From positions 1 to 41,303 of the forward strand of contig JBFISZ010000002.1 of NCBI GenBank assembly GCA_041608315.1: 41,303 nucleotides of DNA. Direction: 5' to 3'. Below, piece after piece: positions 1-8,305 of the stretch (its first letter is position 1; each line of letters opens with the position of its first letter). The notes beneath the pieces were generated by a model. The model ran no database searches, was not told the DNA's origin, and saw only the letters and a program-made list of their open reading frames with translations. This DNA is from Acidimicrobiia bacterium. GTDB lineage: Bacteria; Actinomycetota; Acidimicrobiia; Spongiisociales; UBA5794. A program made the translations under genes and the position numbers.

Positions 1-234
1 CCCAAGATCAGAATCGTCTTTCCCGCCATGGATGCTGCCTCGCCGCCGGAATGTGTCGAAGTCAAGTCTATGGGATGGGCGTGGTCGGCGGTGGGGCAGC
101 GCGGTCGGGCGAGACGCGGGCTCCCTCAGTGCGACCGGGAGCAAGTGGTTGTCCGGTCAACGCGTCGCATGTGCCCACCTCGCCCATCCTGCTGCAAACG
201 TCTCCCCGGTTCTCGCTCGCCGTAGACTCACCGC

Positions 235-1449
235 ATGCCCATTCTCTTGGTCCCGGTCATCCTGGCGGTGATCGCGTTCGCCGCCGTCGCCGCCATGCAG
301 CGCGCCCGGATGGTCCAGACGGCTTGGACCGCGGCGGCCCGGCAACTGGGCCTGGCCCACAGCGGCAGCGCCTGGACGCGCCCCCAACTCACCGGCAGCA
401 TGGGTGGACTGCTGGTGCGAGTGGACGTATACAGCACGGGTGGCAAGAACAAGACCTACTGGACCCGGTACCGAGCAGTGTTCCCGACGCCGGGCACTGC
501 CGTCCGTCTCAAGCGGCAGACGGGGCTGAGCCGAGTCACCAAGCTGTTCGGCGCCCAGGACGTCGAGATCGGCGACGTAGCCTTCGATGACGCCTTCGTG
601 ATCAAGGCCGGCTCGGAGTATCAGGCATCCGAGTACCTGACGCTCCCCCGCCGCACCCTGCTGCTCAAGCTGTATGCGTTGTACCGCGGGGTCGAACTCA
701 CTCCCGACTACCTCGAGATCGTCACCAGGGGACAGGAAACCGAGACCAGGCAGTTGGTGACGAACACCAGACGGCTCGTCAGCGCCGGACGCGTCCTCGC
801 CGGCCTCACCGGGGACGACGAGCGCGTCAAGCGGTCCCTGCGGAGCCGGGCTCGGGGCGATATGGGTGCCGCCGCCGCGGAGCTGCGCCATGCCGCCGCC
901 GCGACCGACGACATCGACACCCCCTTGCTCGAGGCCGAGATGCTGGCGAGCTCGGGGCAGCTCGCCGCGGCGGCGCCTTTGCTGACGGGTCTCTCTGAGC
1001 GGCTCCCGGCCGACGAGGAGGTGGCCGGGCTGCAGCGGGCACTGGAGCGCATGGAGCCCACCGTCCCGGCGCCCGACCCGAGCCCGGTCGAGATGCAGGA
1101 GATCCTCGACGACCTGTTCGTCTCCAACCGGCTGTCGTTCGAGACGGCCGAGATCTTCGACGAGCACTACCTGGGCCGCGTGGTCACGTGGAGCGGAAAG
1201 GTGCGGTCGATCCGCGACTACCGCAGCGACCTCGACTTCGGCCCGGAGCCGGGAACCAAGGCCGTGATCGCCATCGCTGAGATCGAGCACGACCTGTATG
1301 GCGTCTCCGAGATCGATGCAGTGGTGCAGCTTCCGGCGGGAACGGCGGCCCGCCTCAATCGAGGCGATCGGGTGACCTTCACGGGGCATCTTCTCAAAGC
1401 GGACAGCATGATGCGCAACATCTACGTGCGCGATGGCCGGCTGACCTAG
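235..1449 (+). CDS. hypothetical membrane-anchored protein (single N-terminal TM helix)
   Basis: ATG-started 404-aa ORF. The N-terminus MPILLVPVILAVIAFAAVAAM is one hydrophobic helix. Composition is balanced, unlike the Arg/Gly-rich antisense ORF 157..1608. No family motif recognised. Confidence 0.6.
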   Translation: MPILLVPVILAVIAFAAVAAMQRARMVQTAWTAAARQLGLAHSGSAWTRPQLTGSMGGLLVRVDVYSTGGKNKTYWTRYRAVFPTPGTAVRLKRQTGLSRVTKLFGAQDVEIGDVAFDDAFVIKAGSEYQASEYLTLPRRTLLLKLYALYRGVELTPDYLEIVTRGQETETRQLVTNTRRLVSAGRVLAGLTGDDERVKRSLRSRARGDMGAAAAELRHAAAATDDIDTPLLEAEMLASSGQLAAAAPLLTGLSERLPADEEVAGLQRALERMEPTVPAPDPSPVEMQEILDDLFVSNRLSFETAEIFDEHYLGRVVTWSGKVRSIRDYRSDLDFGPEPGTKAVIAIAEIEHDLYGVSEIDAVVQLPAGTAARLNRGDRVTFTGHLLKADSMMRNIYVRDGRLT

Positions 1450-1731
1450 ATCTCGACCTGAACGCCGACTTCGATGGTGCGATCCTGGGGGAGGCCGAAG
1501 TGGCGGGCGGCGCTTGCCGAGTTGCGGTGCATGAAGGCATAGATGTGGTCCCGCCTCAGCGCCACGTTCCCAGCCCGAGATTCTTGCGTATCTGAAGCCG
1601 CCGCCCATATGGGCCGGGATGTACGCAAGAACGGAACGCCGCCGTTACCCGCAGGCACCAGCGGTGGCTGGACTGCCCCAACCGAGCCTGCAAACCACCA
1701 CAGGTGTCAACAACGTATCGCGGCAGTACAG

Positions 1732-3039
<1,308 letters not shown>

Positions 3040-3301
3040 TGGTTCCCTTGGGAGCGAAGCGGGAATGATAGGGGCATACAGAGCCGGTCGAATGACGCGG
3101 CGATCTCGCCAGCTCCCCTCGTGTCCTCCCCCGGCGGTGGAAGTGGCGCCGCCAGGCGCCGATGGGGGCGCTGGTTCGACGTGGTCCCGTCCACAGGTAC
3201 CAACATCCCCAACGGTGACAGAGCCCTCGAACCGGGATCCACTTCCGGCGACGCGCCCCCCTTACCTCCATCGGCGTCCCGGCGGACGCCTCGCAGGGAC
3301 T

Positions 3302-3318
3302 TCCCCCCTCCGGGGGGA
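3302..3318 (-). terminator. possible stem-loop downstream of uppS (UCCCCCC-GGA-GGGGGGA)
   Basis: Perfect 7-bp G/C stem with a 3-nt loop, 27 nt after the uppS stop on the minus strand. There is no U-tract, so the terminator function is uncertain. Confidence 0.3.
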
Positions 3319-3344
3319 CACATACGAAGCGCCCGACCGCGGTC

Positions 3345-4073
3345 CTACGTAGCGCCGCCGAATCTCCGGCTGCGGGCCTGATACTGGATGACGCAGTCGA
3401 CGAAGGAGTGCCGGTCGAAGTCGGGCCACATCAGCGGCGACACCACAAGCTCGGCGTAGGTCGCCTGCCACAGCAGGAAATTGGAGACTCGCTGCTCGCC
3501 GCTGGTGCGGATCAGCAGGTCGACGTCGGGCATGTCCGGTATCGAGAGCAGCGACGCCACCAGCGACTCGTCGACGGCGGCCGGGTCGAGCTCCCCGGCA
3601 CCGACCTGCGCGGCCAGCTTGCGAGCCGCCCGGGCGATCTCGGCACGGCCCCCGTAGTTGAAGGCGAGCACCAGCTCGAGCGTGCGGTTGTCCTGCGTCA
3701 TCTCTTCGGCCGCCGCAAACTCGTCGCGCAGACCCTGATGGACGCGAGGGTCCCAGCGGTCGCCGATGAACCGGATTCGCACCCCCTTCTCATGGAGGGC
3801 GTCGCGCCGCCGCTGCAGCACCTCGACGTTGAAGTGCAGGAGAAACTGCACCTCCTCGTCCGAACGCTTCCAGTTCTCAGTCGAGAAGGTGTAGGCCGTC
3901 AGCCAATCGACGCCGAGATCGAGCGCCCCGTCGACGACGTCGAACAGGGCGGCCTCCCCGGCGGCGTGGCCCTGGGTGCGGTGCAGGCCGCGCGCCTCCG
4001 CCCAGCGACCGTTGCCGTCCATGATGAGACCGACGTGGCGCGGTACTCGCCGGCGATCGACCTGCTCAGACAT
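3345..4073 (-). CDS. uppS: undecaprenyl/decaprenyl diphosphate synthase (cis-prenyltransferase)
   Basis: Motifs HVGLIMDGNGRWA, FSTENWKR and LLIRTSGEQRVSNFLLWQ. I moved the start to ATG 4073 (MSEQV). It overlaps the recO stop by 8 nt (ATGTCTGA). The ORF-track start at 4145 adds a Ser/Trp-rich extension with no homology signal. Confidence 0.9.
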   Translation of the reverse strand: MSEQVDRRRVPRHVGLIMDGNGRWAEARGLHRTQGHAAGEAALFDVVDGALDLGVDWLTAYTFSTENWKRSDEEVQFLLHFNVEVLQRRRDALHEKGVRIRFIGDRWDPRVHQGLRDEFAAAEEMTQDNRTLELVLAFNYGGRAEIARAARKLAAQVGAGELDPAAVDESLVASLLSIPDMPDVDLLIRTSGEQRVSNFLLWQATYAELVVSPLMWPDFDRHSFVDCVIQYQARSRRFGGAT

Positions 4074-4785
4074 CGAGCACGGCCAGGCTCTCGAGACGGC
4101 GTTCGAGGTGGTACTCGAGGAAGCGGCGGGCCACTCCCATCGCATCGCGACTCATCGACGGATCGAAGGGAGGCAGGGCAGTGAGGTCGGCAACCGCCAT
4201 TTCCGCCAGGTAGTCGGTGAGCCCGACCTTGAGGGCGTAGGAGCCGGAGGTGCGGCACGACTCACACTGGACACCACCTTCAGCGAAGTTGAACCGAACG
4301 AGACGCTCGTCCCGCCCGCACGAGGCACAGCTGTCGAGGGCGGGAGCCACTCCAACCACGGCGGCCGCTTTCAGAAGGAACGACGTGACGACGTCGGGAT
4401 GGGGATCCGGCGCATCGAGCGCCTTGAGGCCCCGGTGCAGCAGCAGGAAGAGCCGCAGGGTCGGCTCATTCTCCTGCGCCACGGCGTCGGCCACCTCGAC
4501 CATCGTGCCCGCCGAGATCACTCGATCGAGATCGCCGCGGAGGCGATGGAATGGCTCGACGAGAGAGACCTGAGTGATCGTGTCGAGGTTGCGACCCTCA
4601 TAGAGCACGAGATCGACGTGGCTGAACGGTTCGAGGCGGCCGCCGAAACGACTCTTCGTCTTGCGGACGCCCTTGGCCACGGTGCGCAACTTGCCATGGT
4701 TGGGGCTGAGCAGCACGACCACCCGGTCGGCTTCGCCAAACGGATAACCGCGCAGCACGATGCCCTGGTCGTGGCGAAGTCCCAT
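4066..4785 (-). CDS. recO: DNA repair protein RecO
   Basis: MGLRHDQGIVLRGYPFGEADRVVVLLSPNHGKLRTVAKGVRKTKSRFGGRLEPF is an OB-fold N-terminus. A CxxC...CxxC zinc motif is present (CASCGRDERLVRFNFAEGGVQCESC). I refined the start to ATG 4785, because the 103 residues upstream in the ORF track look non-coding. Confidence 0.9.
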   Translation of the reverse strand: MGLRHDQGIVLRGYPFGEADRVVVLLSPNHGKLRTVAKGVRKTKSRFGGRLEPFSHVDLVLYEGRNLDTITQVSLVEPFHRLRGDLDRVISAGTMVEVADAVAQENEPTLRLFLLLHRGLKALDAPDPHPDVVTSFLLKAAAVVGVAPALDSCASCGRDERLVRFNFAEGGVQCESCRTSGSYALKVGLTDYLAEMAVADLTALPPFDPSMSRDAMGVARRFLEYHLERRLESLAVLDV

Positions 4786-4849
4786 AGCGTGAGCGTAATC
4801 GTCGCGAAGCCATATCCTGTGGCAGCGCACGACAACCCCGGAGGTACCA

Positions 4850-5134
4850 ATGAGTCGACTCGATGAAGCCACCCGCGCCGAGTTTCTCGCCGGCCACAGC
4901 GACTGGGCCCTCGACGGCGAGTCGATATCGAGGACATATGTGCTGCGCGACTTCAAGGAGTCGATGGCCTTCGTGACCCAGGTCGCGTTGGCCGCCGAGG
5001 TTGCCGACCACCATCCGGACATCGACATCCGCTGGAACAAGGTAACGGTGGTCCTGTCAACCCACAGCGCCCGGGCCCTCACCGCCAAGGACACCGACCT
5101 GGCTGCGGAGCTCGACTCGCTCTACAGCCGCTGA
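4850..5134 (+). CDS. phhB: 4a-hydroxytetrahydrobiopterin (pterin-4a-carbinolamine) dehydratase
   Basis: 94-aa ORF with a GGAGG 7 nt upstream of ATG 4850. The motif EVADHHPDIDIRWNKVTVVLSTH is typical of the PCD/DCoH family. Confidence 0.85.
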   Translation: MSRLDEATRAEFLAGHSDWALDGESISRTYVLRDFKESMAFVTQVALAAEVADHHPDIDIRWNKVTVVLSTHSARALTAKDTDLAAELDSLYSR

Positions 5135-8049
5135 CAGGGCAGCAGCGTCAGCCCGATCTCGGCAGACTCGGAGAAGTGGCCGAAGTCGTCGCGAGCGCGG
5201 ATATGCGAGTAGATGGTCGCCGGCTTGCCGTCGATCAGGATGCCGGGTGGGGCGGTTAGGTCGACGGTCCACACGCCGTCGACGCGCAGCATCTTGACGA
5301 CACCGGTCGTCTCCTGGCCGACGACCGTGATCCTCCAATGGAGATCGGCGCCGCGCACGCCGGAGGCGTCGAAGATGTCCGCGGTGAAGGTTGCCATCCG
5401 CGGCCGCGTATCGCAGACGCCGCCGCCCAGAGGCGGCTCATAGAAGGCGTCCACGTTGGCCGCGAAGTTTGTGATGACCGGCGAATCGACATCGGCGAGA
5501 AGCACGATGACGCGAGCCCGATCCTCATTGCCAGCCGGGTCGGACGCGACGACCCTGAAGGTGATCGGGAACACCGCCGGGTTGACGTCGGCCGCCAGGC
5601 TGATCACGCCCGTCGCGCTGTCGATGGAGACGAGGCCCTTGGCGTTCCGCAGCCGGTAGGTGACCGCCAAGCCTTCCGGGTCGGTGCCGGCAACGGTCCC
5701 GACGACCGTGCCCGCCGGGGCGTCGGGGTCGACACGGAACGTTGCATCCCTGATGCGCGGCGCCTCATCGACGTCGGTCACCACGACGGATACGACGAAC
5801 GGGGTCGCCGCCCCGGCCTCGTCGACGGCTCGGGCGTCGAGGCGGTGACTCGTGGCGACTTCGAAGTCGAGTCGCTCCGCCAGCACGACTGTGCCGTCAC
5901 GGCCGATATCGATCACCGCCGGCGCCGCGGCTTCGAAGTGAACATCGTCACCATCGGGATCGGACGCAACCACCACGCCGATGATCTCGCCGACCGCCGT
6001 CGCCTCGGAGACGGTAAAAGTCGGACTGGTGACAACAGGTGGGTCGTTGGCCGCGGCAACTTCAACGACTACGTCGACTGTGATCGTGTCGGAGCCGTCG
6101 GAGATCTTCACGGTGAAACCGTCGGTGCCTGCGAAGTCGGCCGGAGCCACGTACACCACACCTCCCTGGGCGTCGACGGTGGCCGATCCACCCTGATCGG
6201 TGGCGCGGGCTCCGGGGTCGGCGACCACGAAGATGTCCCCCTCGACATCGCTCCACCCGACGAGGATATTGCCGGTCGCGGTGCCGTCTTCGGTCGCCTG
6301 CAACACCGGAGGCGGCCCCGACGGGGGGTCGTTCACCGCGGTGACCTTCACCACGACGCTCACGACGACTCGGACCGTGCCGTCTCCGACCACATAGGAG
6401 AAGTTGTCGATGCCCGCCCAGTCTGCCGGCGGGCGATAGACGATGCTGCCGGCCGTGATCGACCCGCCGTTCTTGCTGGCCGGGTCGAACGAGATCACCC
6501 TGAGCCGGTCGCCGTCGACATCGACGGCTCCTTTGAGTGGATCGAACGTTGCCGTCCCGTCCTCGTTGATGGAGAGGGCACCCGGCCCGGGCACCGTCGG
6601 GGCGTCGTTCACGCCGGTGACGGTGATATTCACCTGCGCGGTGCTTGTCGTGCCGTCCACGTCCCGGATCGAGTAGGCCAGCCGGTCGGAGCCGGCATAG
6701 TTGGCGCGGGGGGCGTACCAAATGGAGGAGCGGGATACGCCGGCACTCCCGTGGCTGGGAGGCGCGGCGATCTCCGGGGCGGCGCCCGGAGCGTAGCCGG
6801 TGTCATTGGCCAGCACGTCGATGACGATCGAGCTGTCCTCGGCCAACCGAGCGAAGTCGGCCGCCGCCACCAGCGTCACGGGCGCGAGCGTCGTCGGTGG
6901 CGCTGCGGTAGAAGTCGTGGTGGTCGATGCATCCGAAGGCGCGGACGTGGGGGGCGGAGTGACCGGCGCCTCGGTGGTTGGCGACGGCGCCGTGCTCGCG
7001 GCCACGGTTGAGGTGGTCGAGTCGGCCGCCAGCCCGGAGGACAGGACCTCGGCATCACCGGAGGCGTCGTTCCCGATGATCGCGACACCGGCAACGACGA
7101 GCGCCGCGATCAGCACGGCGGCCCCGGAAACCATCCCCAGGTTCGATCTGACCCATGCCGACACGCTGGAGGCGGAGGCTCCCGGCGCCGCGGCGGCCTC
7201 CGCACCGCTTGGGGCGCCGCCACCACTGAGGCCGGCAGCTGCGACGTTTCCCCAGATCGTTGCTTCGAGCCCGGCGGGGACGGGAGCGATGGCGAGTGCC
7301 GCGAACATCTTGAGCGGAATGAAGAGGACCTTGCGGTTCTCCTGGCAGATGTCACACGACTTGGCGTGGCGATCGACTGCCTTGCGCAGCGCCGGTGTGA
7401 GCTGGGTGCCGCCCGACTCGGCGACGATGGCGGCGAGGTCTTCGCAGTCGGCTGCGCCGTTCCTCATGAGGAGATATGTCGATAGCGTCTGGGAGAACGA
7501 CTTCTTCATGCGACTGACCATGGTGTATGCGTTGCCTTTGGAAACACCCATGACCTCGGCGATCTCGGCACTGCCGAGACCCTGGCGGACGTGAAGATCC
7601 ATCACCGCGTACGTCCGCGGATCGAGCCCGGCGGCCGCCTCCCAGATGAGACTGGCGGCGGCCTGCGCCTCGGCCGATCGCTCCGGATCCCCCGCACGGT
7701 CCACGTCGATCACTCCCAAGTGCGCAACCTCGCGCCCACTGACGTTGAAGTCGCCTACGGCGACGGCCCGCTTGGAGTGCTCGATACGATTGAGACCGTT
7801 GCGGTGGGCGATCGTGAACAGCCAACTCTTGAAGCGCTCCGGGTTTTCCAGGTGCCCGAGCTGCTCAAAGGCCTTGATGAAGGTGTCCTGGGCGACGTCG
7901 GCGGCTTCCTGGCGATCCCGCAGCAGACGGGTGAGGAAGTCGTAGACGTTGGTGAAGTAGCGCTCGTAGAGCGCGGCAAACGCCTCCTCACTTCCCGCCC
8001 GGGCGAGCGAGACCAGCTCTCCATCCTCGGCGGGTAGCGGGAGCGCCAT
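5122..8049 (-). CDS. fusion protein: ECF sigma-70 factor, zf-HC2 anti-sigma domain, TM helix, S/T/P linker, five cadherin/Ig-like modules and a C-terminal domain
   Basis: One uninterrupted frame. Sigma region 2 is DVAQDTFIKAF..WLFTIAHRN. Sigma region 4 is LDPRTYAVMDLHVRQGLGSAEIAEVMGVSKGNAYTMVSRMKK. The ZAS motif is C-x25-HAKSCDIC. The hydrophobic helix is MVSGAAVLIAALVVAGVAIIG. Repeat boundaries VNDAP, VNDPP, ANDPP, DVDEAP and DVDSP fall every 92-95 aa. The ORF-track start 8058 is TTG, and ATG 8049 (MALPL) is used here. Confidence 0.85.
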   Translation of the reverse strand: MALPLPAEDGELVSLARAGSEEAFAALYERYFTNVYDFLTRLLRDRQEAADVAQDTFIKAFEQLGHLENPERFKSWLFTIAHRNGLNRIEHSKRAVAVGDFNVSGREVAHLGVIDVDRAGDPERSAEAQAAASLIWEAAAGLDPRTYAVMDLHVRQGLGSAEIAEVMGVSKGNAYTMVSRMKKSFSQTLSTYLLMRNGAADCEDLAAIVAESGGTQLTPALRKAVDRHAKSCDICQENRKVLFIPLKMFAALAIAPVPAGLEATIWGNVAAAGLSGGGAPSGAEAAAAPGASASSVSAWVRSNLGMVSGAAVLIAALVVAGVAIIGNDASGDAEVLSSGLAADSTTSTVAASTAPSPTTEAPVTPPPTSAPSDASTTTTSTAAPPTTLAPVTLVAAADFARLAEDSSIVIDVLANDTGYAPGAAPEIAAPPSHGSAGVSRSSIWYAPRANYAGSDRLAYSIRDVDGTTSTAQVNITVTGVNDAPTVPGPGALSINEDGTATFDPLKGAVDVDGDRLRVISFDPASKNGGSITAGSIVYRPPADWAGIDNFSYVVGDGTVRVVVSVVVKVTAVNDPPSGPPPVLQATEDGTATGNILVGWSDVEGDIFVVADPGARATDQGGSATVDAQGGVVYVAPADFAGTDGFTVKISDGSDTITVDVVVEVAAANDPPVVTSPTFTVSEATAVGEIIGVVVASDPDGDDVHFEAAAPAVIDIGRDGTVVLAERLDFEVATSHRLDARAVDEAGAATPFVVSVVVTDVDEAPRIRDATFRVDPDAPAGTVVGTVAGTDPEGLAVTYRLRNAKGLVSIDSATGVISLAADVNPAVFPITFRVVASDPAGNEDRARVIVLLADVDSPVITNFAANVDAFYEPPLGGGVCDTRPRMATFTADIFDASGVRGADLHWRITVVGQETTGVVKMLRVDGVWTVDLTAPPGILIDGKPATIYSHIRARDDFGHFSESAEIGLTLLPCQRL
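5479..6873 (-). repeat. protein-level tandem array of five ~93-aa cadherin/bacterial Ig-like modules inside the ECF-fusion gene
   Basis: Boundary motifs lie at residues 484, 576, 671, 764 and 858 of the 978-aa track ORF. Internal motifs recur: IDVLANDT, YxPxAxxAGxDxFxY and SDPDGD/GTDPEG. The DNA copies have diverged. Confidence 0.6.
6874..7041 (-). repeat. low-complexity Ser/Thr/Pro/Ala linker-coding region
   Basis: Encodes SGLAADSTTSTVAASTAPSPTTEAPVTPPPTSAPSDASTTTTSTAAPPTTLAP directly after the TM helix. Confidence 0.7.
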
Positions 8050-8184
8050 GCCTTCCAATCGACTCGCGAAAACCTACAAGAACCGTAGCCGTCCCCGCCG
8101 CATTGTGCGAGGCTGGGCGGGCACCCCATAACTAGTCACCTGCGTTGTGAGACAACGGTTTCACGGCTCCGGTTCGGTCCTCGA

Positions 8185-8245
8185 CCGCCACAACCCAAAG
8201 CGGTCTTCCGGCCACGGAGCGCCGTTTCCATCGCCGCCACAACCC
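8185..8245. repeat. 12-nt direct repeat CCGCCACAACCC (x2, 49-nt spacing) upstream of the ECF-fusion gene
   Basis: Exact copies at 8185..8196 and 8234..8245 in the 247-nt intergenic region. The function is unknown. Confidence 0.5.
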
Positions 8246-8305
8246 CGGTACAAGTCGCGACGAGCCAAGCCCTTCTAGTAGTAAGACAACTGAATTCGCA
8301 GATTC

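Noticed and set aside
1-29. Possible 5' end of a minus-strand gene (ATG at 29..27 reading MAGKTILIL, Rossmann-like start)
   Set aside because: Only 9 codons are visible at the window edge, which is too little to support a feature.
157-1608. 483-aa minus-strand ORF overlapping the 404-aa plus-strand gene
   Set aside because: The composition is Arg/Gly/Pro/His-rich and typical of antisense frames in high-GC DNA. It has no motif, and the opposite strand carries a better-behaved ORF with a TM helix.
4786-5094. Upstream extension of the recO ORF, which also overlaps phhB on the other strand
   Set aside because: The RecO homology starts at MGLRHDQGIV (ATG 4785). The extension has no RecO-like sequence and would run through the divergent phhB gene.
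5338-7011. 557-aa plus-strand ORF and other long ORFs inside 5.1-8.1 kb
   Set aside because: They are antisense or off-frame to the ECF-fusion gene and extremely Arg/Gly/Asp-rich. Only the 978-aa minus frame shows recognisable domains.
8059-8305. Canonical ECF autoregulatory promoter (GGAAC-N16/17-CGT) for the fusion gene
   Set aside because: The candidate -35-like words (GAAAC, CGAACC) have the wrong spacing to any CGT(T) -10, so no promoter is called.
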